From Camelus dromedarius (lineage: Eukaryota), in contig NC_087436.1 of NCBI RefSeq assembly GCF_036321535.1, positions 122,080,001 to 122,144,000 of the forward strand: DNA of 64,000 nucleotides. Reading direction: 5' to 3'. The first letter of the stretch is position 1; the number at the start of each line of letters is the position of its first letter. Both the position numbers and the translations under genes were made by a program. This document shows positions 1 through 10,844 of this stretch, piece after piece. The notes under the pieces are model-generated. The model was not told the origin of the DNA. It ran no database searches and worked only from the letters and a program-made list of their open reading frames with translations.

Positions 1-699
1 ACCTTTACTTATGTATCTTTTATATTCTTTTTACTTAGCATTATGAAATAAACATTTTCACTCTATGTAATTTTGTTAACTTTTAATGTTACAATACTCT
101 ATTGACTTAATTACTGTCATAATTTTTGTAACCAGTCCACCATCATTGGATGTTTTGATAGTCTTCATTTTTTTCTTTTGTTTGCTCTTAAATGGTATCA
201 TGTATATCTTGTGTATATAGCTTTTTGTTGTTGGGTACTTTCATTTGGATGAACTCTCAGAAGTAGAATTATTGGGTTTCCTGGGTTTATACATTGTTTA
301 AAGACCTTTGATACTGCCATATTACTTTTCAAAGGAGTTGTACCTATTTACAATGCCACCAGCACTATTTAAATGTCTACTGGACACCATTTGTTATATG
401 ACATACCATCACTTCATGAATTGCTAAGAAAGAAACTTTTTTAGTTAAATTAACAGTATTTTTCTTATTTAGAACTTTTATTTTATACCTATTAGAAGGT
501 ATCTTTTAGGTGTGGGTAGACATAGATTTTTATCAGGTCACTTTTGACTGTACATTAAAAAGAAAAAAGTCAATTAAAATGGTTAAAGTTTTTCTAAAGC
601 TTCACCCCTTAGTGTCTAGATCTTCTATGTTATTTCTTGACTCAAAGTATTCTTTATATTTTTTCACCTTGTGTATCAAGAATGTCAGTGTTAACAAAA

Positions 700-1520
700 A
701 AAATAATAACCTGATTTTAAAATGGGCTAAAGACTTGAATAGGTATTTCTCCAAAGAAGGCTTACAAAATGGCCAATAGGTATATGAGTAGATGCTTGAT
801 GTCACTAATCATCAGGCAAGTGCAAATCAAAACTACAATGAGATATCACCTTATACTTGTTAGAATAGCTATTACCAAAAAACCAAGAGACAGATGTTAG
901 GGAGGATGTGGAGAACTCGGAACTCTTGTACATTATTGGTGGAAATGCAGAATGGTGCAGCTGCTGTGGAACACAGTATGGAAGTTCCTTGAAATTTTTG
1001 AAAACAGAACTATTGTATGATTCAGCACTCCTACTTCTGGGTATATATCCAAAGGAAAACAGGATGTTGAAGAGATATTTGCACTCACAGGTTCATTGTA
1101 ACACTGCTCGTAGTAACTGAGATGTGGGAACAGCCTAAAAGTCCATCAGTAGGGGAATGGATAAAGAAAATGTAGTATATTCATACAGTGGAGTATTATT
1201 CAGCCTTAAAAAATACTGCAATATGGGACAACATGGATGAACGTTGAGGAGATTATGCTAAGTGAAATGCCAATCACAAGGGAATCTTGCATGAATCTAC
1301 TTATACGAGGTCTCTAAAATGGACTCATTTCTAGAAGCCCAGAGTAGAGTGGTGGTTGCTGTGGATGAGTGGTTGTTAATCAACAAGTATGAAGTTTTAG
1401 TTAGGCAAGGTGGACAGGTTCTGGAGATCTGCTGTGCAGTGTTGTGCGTACAGTTCTCAATCCTGTGTTGTACACTTGAATCTGTTGAGGGGAAATCTCT
1501 TGTGCTCTTACCAAAACAAC
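700..1520 (+). mobile_element. Old L1 3' fragment (end of ORF2 and 3' UTR)
   Basis: Contains typical L1 ORF2 C-terminal sequence (aaaatgggctaaagacttgaatagg = KWAKDLNR; caaatcaaaactacaatgagatatcacc; atggatgaacgttgaggagattatgctaagtgaa). Ends are approximate. Confidence 0.85.
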
Positions 1521-1523
1521 CGA

Positions 1524-1614
1524 ATTTTTTTTTAAACTAGAGATACTAGAGATCGAACCCAGGACTTTGTGCATGCTAAGCACTGCTCTGCCACTGACCT
1601 ATACCCATCCCCCC
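1524..1614 (-). mobile_element. tRNA-derived SINE (Vic-1-like)
   Basis: Poly-T followed by gatcgaacccaggactttgtgcatgctaagc...ccactgacctataccc, the reverse of the Pol III B and A boxes. Same family as copies at 20.1, 26.0, 41.7 and 56.0 kb. Confidence 0.85.
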
Positions 1615-2069
1615 ATTTTTTAAAAAAAATGGTAAAGCACTTCTTATGAGTGTCTGCTCAATAACAGTAACATGATGCTCCTAAATATACAGTGTATACT
1701 GATTTCAGATATATTAAAATGTGAAAGGTTGCATCCTAGAATCACTAAAATATGGTGATTTCACTATAACCTAATTGGGTATCATTATTTACAATTCTTC
1801 CTTAGCCAGTGAGGGATAAAATGTCATTTGTATCAATTTTAACTTGCATTTTTATTATTAATGAAATTGAATATTTTTTAATATTTGTAGGAGTATTAGC
1901 AATTTTAAAGGTCTTGAGTATTGAAATTAAAGGTGAGATGTTTCTCACTGCATTCAAGTTTACAGAGTTTTTCTTCAAAGGGAGACCACTTAATGTAGGT
2001 ATTACTCATTTTTTTAAAATGTAGTTTATGAAGTACTACTCTCTGGAACTGGCGTTTGTGACAGGTGTG

Positions 2070-2240
2070 AAGCTGTTTTTATTGAGCTTGTACATTAGAA
2101 GCACCAGGGATCCTGTTGAAACGTGGCTTCCTGCCCTGTTGAAGAGTTTGAGGAATTTAGTGTGAAGTGAGATACAGGAATCTATTCAGAGTAAACGTAC
2201 CTGGTGATTACCATGCTGTGGGCCATGCTGAGAAGCCATG
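2070..2240. mobile_element. Possible MER5-like hAT relic
   Basis: cattagaagcaccaggga...ctggtgattaccatg...tgagaagccatgg resembles MER5A; highly decayed. Confidence 0.4.
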
Positions 2241-3001
2241 GAAGGTTGAGGTAGTTACAGCTCCAGATTTTCTGAGAACCTCTTGGTAATACTGCCTGAA
2301 AAATTATAGGAGTAGAATACATGATTAGAAAGCCATGGCAACTTGCTAATAAACTGCCTTTAATTCTAAGAAATGAGGAATTGCAATGTGTTAAATGTGA
2401 AGAGTCCAGCACGTCTAGGTTCTTGAGAAGAATTGCATGGTAAGTCAGGATTGTTGAATGTCACATATAGTTCCATCTTCTGTAACAATAAGAGAAAAGA
2501 AAAACAGAGATGTTTGTTAAAGTAGTTCCTTTTTTATTTGTAATTGCTTCATTTCAAGGTTTTTCTCTGTACTTCAATGTCTGAGTAAACAGAGATTAGG
2601 TTAAAACAAGATTTGGTTACTTAACAGAATGTAAACTCCATGAAGGAAACAGCATTCATTCTTATATTTGTAGTCTCTAAAACAGTGTGTGGCATGTGGT
2701 AGGCATTCAGTAATATTTGTTGAATGTATGAATATGCAGAACACTTTACATATCAAATAATCTTCAGGGAGTAAGAGTGCTTTGACTCACTTAAAATTAC
2801 GTACAGGAAGTTGTTGCAATGGATCTTATATGGAGTTTTTATTAAACATGCTGTGGATTTTTATTTGAAGTTCATTTATTGTTAAAATTGTGGGAATAAT
2901 TATATGATTTAGATTCTTTCTGTGTAAGCTACATTTCAGATTTATAATTGGTGTTATGAATAGAGCTCTTGCATTAAAACCATTATTATTTTCCTTTTTA
3001 G

Positions 3002-3235
3002 GAGTTAATGGAGCAGTTTCATCAAGTTGAATCTCAACTAAATAAGCTAAATCATCTTCTTACTGATATTCTTGCTGACGTGAAGACAAAAAGAAAAATT
3101 TTGGCATCTAATAAACTGCATCAAATGGAAAGAGAATTATATGTGTATTTTTTAAAAGATGAAGATTATCTGAAAGATACTGTGGAGAATTTAGAAAACC
3201 AATCAAAGATTAAGACCATTGGTCTTGAAGATTGA
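3002..3235 (+). CDS. HAUS3: HAUS augmin-like complex subunit 3, terminal coding exon (77 aa + stop)
   Basis: Acceptor ttttcctttttag ends at 3001. The frame ELMEQFHQVESQLNKLNHLLTDILADVKTKRK...QSKIKTIGLED-TGA matches the HAUS3 C-terminus as recalled, and the position upstream of POLN fits the known arrangement. Confidence 0.95.
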   Translation, partial: ELMEQFHQVESQLNKLNHLLTDILADVKTKRKILASNKLHQMERELYVYFLKDEDYLKDTVENLENQSKIKTIGLED

Positions 3236-3290
3236 AAATTACTAAAAATGGAATCTTTACTGTATATGCTGTATTTCAATGTTTTATATT

Positions 3291-4350
3291 ATTAAAAGGA
3301 GAGTATAGCCAGTAAACACTATGAAAATTTTGACTTCAAAGTCAATAGAGCATTTCACTGAATTAATTCAAGTATTATATCAATTTGGTTTTTTTCTTAC
3401 GTTTGTTCAGAGTACCAGAGTTTTTTATGACGTGAACGTTTGCTTGGTGTCACTTAGTCCTGGTAACTTATAACTTACAGGGGAAAAGCATTATGTCAAT
3501 GCAGATATTTTTAATAGAGCTAATTACATCTCTACTTTTTTTAAGAGAGAGAAATTTTCTGCTCTTAAATATTTAAAAATTTTATAGTCAGCATTGTTAA
3601 AACTGTGTACTTAATAAATGAAATAGTTGAATCCCCTCATATTTGTCTATAAAGTAAAATTCTGCCACTCAAGCTGTCTTCCCTGGCAATTCCCTGCTGT
3701 AGACTTTGAGACTGTTTTGGTGTTCACGCTTATACCACAGAGAACATCAGGTCTCCATTGGCCATTGCTCATCTTAGAGGTTGGGTCCTGGGGACTCAAC
3801 ATTTCTGCAGTGCTTTGACTTCAGTGTAGAAGTGGTTGCTCAGATGATGTATAATGCTGTTTCAATTAGTTTCTTAGGAGTGAAAATACTTAAATGCTGG
3901 ACTGTATTAGTTGGGCTAGAAGTGTAGTATTTGGACAATTAGAAATTATTTTAAGAGTTAGTGTAAAATAATTTGAAGTAGCTTATTTATCAATTATTAC
4001 ATCAAGTACTTCTTGAGTGCTTGATTTATATGTGGCCTGTGTTACATACTAAGTAAACTTTGTGGAGAATAGAGAAGATACAGATAATACTTTCAAGATT
4101 ATTCCTGATCCAAGAATGTATTGCCTGTTTTTAATGTGGACTGCCAGTCTAAAAACTGCATTTTAGGTGGTCTTAATGGAATTCTTTAGCTGTAACCATC
4201 AGAAAATGGGCGTGCTTAGATGACATATATGGGCTTTGACAATTTTTGTAATTCTTTGAACAAATATGTTTTGTCTTACTGTGTTTGTGCATTAAAGTTT
4301 TGTATTTATTAAGTAGATCTCAATATGCTTGAAAAATTTGTAGTAATAAA
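3291..4350 (+). terminator. Candidate HAUS3 polyadenylation signals (ATTAAA 3291, AATAAA 3613, ATTAAA 4291, AATAAA 4345)
   Basis: Hexamers lie in the AT-rich region after the HAUS3 stop. The 4345 signal is followed by a U/GU-rich tract at ~4391-4411. Which signal is used cannot be seen from sequence. Confidence 0.55.
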
Positions 4351-5037
4351 TTTTGCTTAAGACTTCACTGTTAGCTCCTCACAGGTGACCGTTTTTTTTG
4401 TTCTTTTTTTTCCTTCTGCCCTACCTTGGAATCGAGAATTTACTGAAAATTTTTCTTCTTTCCAATAGTGTAGGAAAATGTCACCTGGTTTTCTGGTTCA
4501 TGAAACAGGAAATTGTGTTTAGATTACTGCCAGATGTGTTAGATGCATGACCAGCTATTCGATGATTTGTGCTGTCCTTCCAGACCTTCACCCACTCAGC
4601 ACAGGGGGCCAGTACAGCTGAGCAGTGGAAGGGAAAGGATGTCAGGTTGTGTATCTGCCATAATTACCCATGTCAGTTAAAAATAGTTTTTGTTACTAGA
4701 TTTGTATGTTTGAAGATTGTAACAGCTGTTCATTTCAAGTCTCAGGAAGTAGGAAATATTTGAGGAGATTGCTTCAGAATTGGTCACCTGGATGGCAGGC
4801 TCTTGACTTTGTCACCTGTTTGCCATAATACCCAATTGAGCCTCTGCGTGTTTTGCTCTCTTCTTACTATCCTATCTGTATTATGGGGACAATTGATACC
4901 TATTTCCTGTAGTGGTGAATATAGCAATTTTTATGAACGTCTCTACATAGGAATTTTCACATAATTTGTTTCTTATTTTGAAATTTCAAAATTAATATAT
5001 GGATGTTATGTTTATTTATGTTTAGGATTTTATGAAA

Positions 5038-5170
5038 ATGGAAAATTATGAGGCATTTGTAGGCTTTGATCTCTGTGAGATACCACTTTCCAGTGTTGCT
5101 CAGAAGATTATGACTGCTATGCATTCAGGTGATTTAGTGGCGTCTCAGAACTGGAGAGAAAGTGAAAAGA
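5038..5170 (+). CDS. POLN: DNA polymerase nu, coding exon 1 (exon starts 5026; 133 coding nt)
   Basis: Acceptor tttag|GATTTT at 5025/5026. Reads [44 protein letters not shown], the POLN N-terminus. Donor A|gtgagt. Confidence 0.93.
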
Positions 5171-5237
5171 GTGAGTAACTTTATGAACCTTTTGTTACCT
5201 TGAATGTTAATTGTTCTTAAGACCTAGTTTTGAAAAT

Positions 5238-5655
5238 TGTTTACCTTAAAAATCAGAGTTATTTTACCAGCGAAAATGGGTTTATTCAAGAATAGCAGAG
5301 AATTGCAAATTGGGACAAGTATGCTATTCAAAAGCCATAGGCACATTATTTTATAGAGAAAAAGGAAGAAGTTGGGAAGGATTGTTTTGAACAAACCGAA
5401 GTCCATTGGAGAAAAGTGAGAGTTCAGGGTGGTTTGGTTTCCCACTGGCTGAGTTGCTGGGGCAGTTGGTTTCTTTTGGAGACACAGGGTACATCCTGTT
5501 GGGACCCGTAAGTGATCTTTCCTGTGATGATGCATCTGTTGGGGACTGTAACTGATGATTCTTCTGTCATTGACTGTGAGTGGTGCTGCCTGAGAGCTCC
5601 CTCTTCTGGTCTCCTGACTCTACTTTAGTGAAGTCTCGCTTTGTTAATTTTCACA
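5238..5655 (-). mobile_element. Solo LTR, ERV1 class
   Basis: TG...CA termini with 4-bp TSD AAAT (5234-5237 and 5656-5659). Minus-strand AATAAA at 5281-5286. Confidence 0.75.
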
Positions 5656-6797
5656 AAATAAAATGTAGCAGAGTTATTTTGTAGCATTTTGTATTGTCTA
5701 GAATGGAGCCCAGCTCCCTGGTACTTTACTCTCATGCAGTGATGACTGAGCTGCTCACTAAGTTTCCTGTTACCTTAGCCCTTACTGCTTTAAAAATGTA
5801 ACACTCTCTTCCTTGTCGCACATTCGCTTAGAGTCTGGATCAGCTGTTTAACCTCAGAAGAGATGGGCTCTTTTACAGTGCCTGTTGCTTCACCCTTGCT
5901 CTCAGGTCATTGAACCTGTATGTAGTATTTGCTTATTGTGTGTGGTGGACGAGAGAAGCGGTTTTGACAATATGTATTATACTGCTGTAGAAATGTATAA
6001 ACTCTTAGGTGGCAACGATCAGTGGATCTGTGTACATACGTTTAAGACGTCGTGTAACAGTAAAACCGGTGACATGCTCACAAGTGTGACTGAAATGTCT
6101 GGAATACCAGGTTGTTTTTATTTTAATTAGGAAGGGAGTTTTTATGTTAAATTTGTAAGTCTGGGCCAATAATTTGTTTTTCTTTTCTACAAGCTAGGTT
6201 ATAATGAGTAAGATATAATTGAGTAGTTATATTGAAATGAAATAATTGATAGTATTGACAAATAGTGCAAAGCTGTTATGAATGCAGTTTCTTGATAAAG
6301 ATATCATAGCGCTTAACATTTTGATCTATTCGTAATCAGGTGTCTGTTGCCCTTGTTACAGAAGTCACTAATAATGAGCCAGTGAGAGTTTCAGGGTACA
6401 TACTACATAACAAGCAATTGGTGGTTTTTAGAGGGAATGATATTGCTGGGGGGAATAATAAAGAAAGATAAATATTTAAACATCAAAGAGCTTTGTTCTG
6501 TATACTTGCTTTCTAAAATAAAAGAGCACTGTGCACTTGACAGAACTAGAAAGAGACTTTCCTTCAAAAACTGATAATAAAATAAAATGCCTCTGGAGGC
6601 TATAATGTGTGTCTTTGTTGAAAAATTTATGGCAGTTAAGCCCATCTCTTGAACTCCCTTGTCATGCTCTTAAAATACCACATTAAAGTCCTAGTTTTCA
6701 TAAATTTATTGAGACAATTAATAGGAAAAGAGAAGGTATTACTTTTCTGTCAAGTGTTCTTGGGTTTGGAAAAATAGTGGAATTTTCACAGAGATTA

Positions 6798-7335
6798 TGT
6801 ATATTTGTTGCTGTATAACACTCTTACTATAAACTAGTGTCTTAAAATAACACACACTTGTTGTCTCACAGTTTCTGTGGTTTGGGAGCCTGGGCACAGC
6901 TTAGCGGGGCCTCTGCAGTTGAGGTGTGGGTGTCAGCTGGGGCTGGAAGCTCATCTGAGACTCGAATAAGGAAGCGTTTGCTTGCAGGCTCACATGGTTG
7001 GCGGCAGAATTCAGTTCCTTGTAGGCTCTTGGACTGAGGGTCTCAGTTTCTCCCCTGACCGTTAGCTGGAAGCCACCCTCAGTTCCTTTCCGCGTGGTTC
7101 TCTGCATAGGCAGCTTTCCATTCTAGCAGCTTGCTTTCTCAAAGCCAGCAAGAATGTCCCCCACAAGACTGACATTACAGTCTTCTGTAAGGTAATCACA
7201 AACATTTTATCACCTTCACTGTATACTGTTGGTTACAAGTGAGTCAGTAAGTCCCACCCACGCTCAAGGGGTTACACAAGTGTGTGAATACTAGGAGGCA
7301 GGGGTCTTGGGACCACCTTAGAGTCCGTCTACCCC
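6798..7335 (-). mobile_element. MaLR LTR (MLT1-like)
   Basis: ctcacagtttctgtgg...ctgggcacagcttagc...gctcacatggttggcggcagaattcagttccttgtagg are characteristic MLT1 segments. Confidence 0.8.
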
Positions 7336-7677
7336 AGAGTCCCACCAGTTTTATTCTTATTTCGTATAAATCTGAGTCAGAGTTGCTGGTGGTTTATTGA
7401 TGAATGATGCTGAGCCTAAGACTTAACTGACTCCTGGGCTCTTGTCACATACTGAACTGTTAATGTCAAATCCTTCTCCCTCATAAGCAAGATATTGTAA
7501 ATAAGTGCTTCATTTCTGAAAGTGCATTTTGTACCAGATAAATACCAAAATTGAATTCAGAAAGCACTGTAAATAAAATACAGCTTAATGAATTAATATA
7601 AAGAGGACATCATATAACTTACACTTTTGTTGCCAACACCTCAAAATTTCCTTCTTGGTTAAAACTCTCTCCCTGCT

Positions 7678-8820
7678 TGAACAGAAAAAGGAATGAAAAG
7701 AAATAAGGATTGTGTGAGAGCACTCTGGGACAACATGAAGCGCACGAATATTCTCATTATAAGGGTCCCAGAAAGAGACGAGAGAAAGGACCTGAGAAAA
7801 CTTTTGAAGAGATAATAACTAAAAACTTCCCCAACTTGGGAAAGGAAAGTCTCCCAAGTCCAGGATGTGCAAAGAGCTCCACACAGGATCAGCCCAAAGA
7901 GGAACACACCAAGGCACACAGTCATCAAGTTGACAAAAATTAAGGATAAGGAGAAAATATTAAAATTAGCAAGAGGAAAGCAACAGACATGCTAGGGAAC
8001 TCCCATAAGGTTATCAGCTGATTTTTCAGCAGAAACTCTACAGGCCAGAAGGGAGTGGCAAGATATATTTAAAGCAATGAAAGGGGAAAACTTACAACCA
8101 AGAGCACTCTATCCAGCAAGGCTCTCGTTCAGACTTGATGGAGAAATCAAAAGCTTCACAGATAAACGAAAGCTAGAAGATTTCAGCACCACCAAGCCAG
8201 CTTTACAACAAATGTTAAAGGAACTTCTCTAGTCATCAAACCATAAGAAAAGAGAACAAAAAGAAGAAGAAAAAAAAAGACCTACAAAAGATTGCTTTGG
8301 TAATTTGGGATATTTTATGGTTCCATGTAAGTTTTGGAATTGTTTATTCTAGTTCTGTGAAGAATGTCATGAGTATTTTGACAGGGGATACATTGGATCT
8401 GTGGATGGCTTTGGGTAGTGTGGCCATTTTGATAATGTTGATTCTTAGAAGTCAAGAGCACAAGAAATCTTTCCATTTCTTTGTATCATCTTCAATTTCC
8501 TTCATCAATGTTTTACAGTTTTCAGAGTATAGATAACCTTGTTTAAGTTTATTTCTAGGTATTTTGTTGTTTTTGGTGCAATGGAAATGTTTATGCCAGT
8601 TATAAAATTCTGGTTTTTGAAATGGAAAAAAAAATATGAATAAAGTGTCTCAAATAGGAAAGTACCCTTTTTTATGGGTCAGTTGTATTCCATTGCATAT
8701 ATATGCTACATCTTCTTTATCCATTCATCTATTGATGTGCACTTAAGATGCTTCTGTATCTTGGCAATTATAAATAATGTTGCTGTTTAAAAAAAAATGA
8801 CATATCCAGAAAAAAAAAAA
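7678..8820 (+). mobile_element. Composite L1-derived insertion: ORF1 3' half + spacer (+), inverted ORF2 pieces, A tail
   Basis: 7690-8232 is L1 ORF1-like (GPEKTFEEIITKNFPNLGKE; ...MLKELL-TAG). 8290-8585 and 8666-8785 are antisense L1 ORF2 sequence. A-run at 8810-8820. Confidence 0.8.
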
Positions 8821-9149
8821 TCTCTCCCCTACTCAAAGGTAACCATTATCCTGACTTTTATGGCACCACTTCCCACTTCCTGATCATGGGCATTTTACAT
8901 TGCTCCAAAGGCCTTTTTAAGCAGAGATTACTCTTTGGCCGCCGCACCAGCATCCGTCCTTCCCTTCAAGATGCACCGTCAGACTACGTGGTTCAGTCTC
9001 CTTACAGTCAGGGTGACCAGGTGGCGGGCTTCTGTCAGTGGGGTGTGTGCCATTTCCAGGGTAGGCCCAAAGATGTCTGACTTGCTTCCTAGCTGGCCTT
9101 TTTCCTTTCCTCAGGTTGGAACCTAGAACGACTCCTTTCCAATCCTACA

Positions 9150-9350
9150 AATGATAACAGTGTCCTAGAGGATTGTGGAACAATGTGCTGGAAGGAACCC
9201 AGGTTCCAGAGTGACTTCATGAAACAGCTGCGTCACCAGCTGAGACCACTCTCCTCAGAACAGGAGAGAGAAATAAATTTTGTTTATTAAACCATTGTGT
9301 TGGTGGGTTTTTTGTGACTGTAGCTTAGCTTTTTGCCTTAACTCATACAC
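9150..9350 (+). mobile_element. Old MaLR LTR 3' remnant
   Basis: ggaaggaacccaggttcc...gagagagaaataaattttgtttattaaaccattgtg...gtgactgtagc is typical of the ends of old MLT1 elements. Confidence 0.6.
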
Positions 9351-10844
9351 CTTTAAACTAGATTCAGAATTGTGTTAATCTGACTTAAATTTTCATTGTC
9401 ATTTTAGTGCTCAGTAATGCCACTGAAAGTCTTTGGTAAATACTGGGGGAGAAGGAGGATTTTTCAGGGTGAGTTTAAGGTGGTCAGCTGTCCTGGTGCT
9501 ATGTATAGTATGATACATATGATTAAACACGTATTTATTAGAAAACATTTCTGTATTTTTTCAGAGTACCTATAGAAACCAAATAACATTTTCTAGTACA
9601 AATTCTTTTTTAACTTAATAGAGCTTAGAGGTGAATTTTTTTCTAGTAAAATAAAAATAGTTTTGCAGATATTACAAATTAATACAGGTTTAAGACTCCT
9701 CAAGGTAAATATTTGTCAAAATCCAATTCATTAACGTGAAGTGTGTCTTTATTCCCACCATCTGGTGGGACTTTGCAATCTCAAGGACAGATAATGTAAA
9801 GCTAAATGACAGGATAGATTTATTTTGATTATGTTCATCTTAGTCAAGAGTATATGGATGAGCATTATTTTTATTTCTATCAGGTAAACATAAACTACTT
9901 CTGTCCTGTCACTTAGCAACCTTTGTCCGGTGCTGGATCCAGTTCCCACTGTCCTAATTCAAGACTCCATTGCTTCTCACTGGGAAATTTGCAGTGGTTT
10001 CCTACTTGCTGTTCACCATCCGTTTATCGCCACTTTGGTCTTGGCTTCGCACCAACGCTGGAATTGGCTCAGCTCCTGTCAGCTGTGCAGAGTTGATCTG
10101 CACAGACATCCGTGTGTGTTCCTGCAGAGCATCCTGGCCCTCGCCTGCCCTTCTAAGTCTGTGCCCCGTTCGGATTTGACCCTAACTTGCAGATGGGACG
10201 TTCTCAGCTCATGCTCTGCGTACCTTTTCCTTCTCTCCTTCACACACAACACTGAGTGGTGAAAGCACAGCATCTTACAAGGTTCTGCTCAAACGATGCT
10301 TCCATTACCAGCATGCTTATTGGAAGTAAACTGCTTTTGATTCCTTTGCAGCTCGGAGAGCTTCCTGTGAGGTAGTTTTTGGTTATTTGCGCAATGCTTT
10401 AACTCATGGTATGTTTGAGCTCTCTGAAGGCAGGCAAAGGTGTTCTTATGTGATGCTACCTCAGCTGGGCTGATCTTGAATTCAACTCTTACTGATTTGT
10501 AAGCTTTCTACAAACATAATACATACTTCACTATTTTTAAATATATGTTACATTCTCTGTTTTGGAGGGTCTTTTTTTGTTTGTTATACTTCAAGAGAAG
10601 AGGGGGCTTTTTGAAAACAGAAAAACCAAAAACAACGTCCATAATCCCATATTAAAAAATTTCTTTTTGCATATTTACACACGGTGAAAGGGTTTATATA
10701 TACTTTGTTTTCTTAGCTCAGGCTTTTTCTTTGTTGAAACTTCTCTCATTGCTAACCCATGTTAAGGACTTAGCATATGCCTTTTATATTTTTGTCTGTT
10801 TCCATAATTTGTAATTGTATAATTGTAATTATAGCTTGTGTGTG

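Noticed and set aside
4445..4480. Acceptor-like tttttcttctttccaatag as an extra POLN 5' exon
   Set aside because: No convincing donor follows, and it cannot be supported without transcript data.
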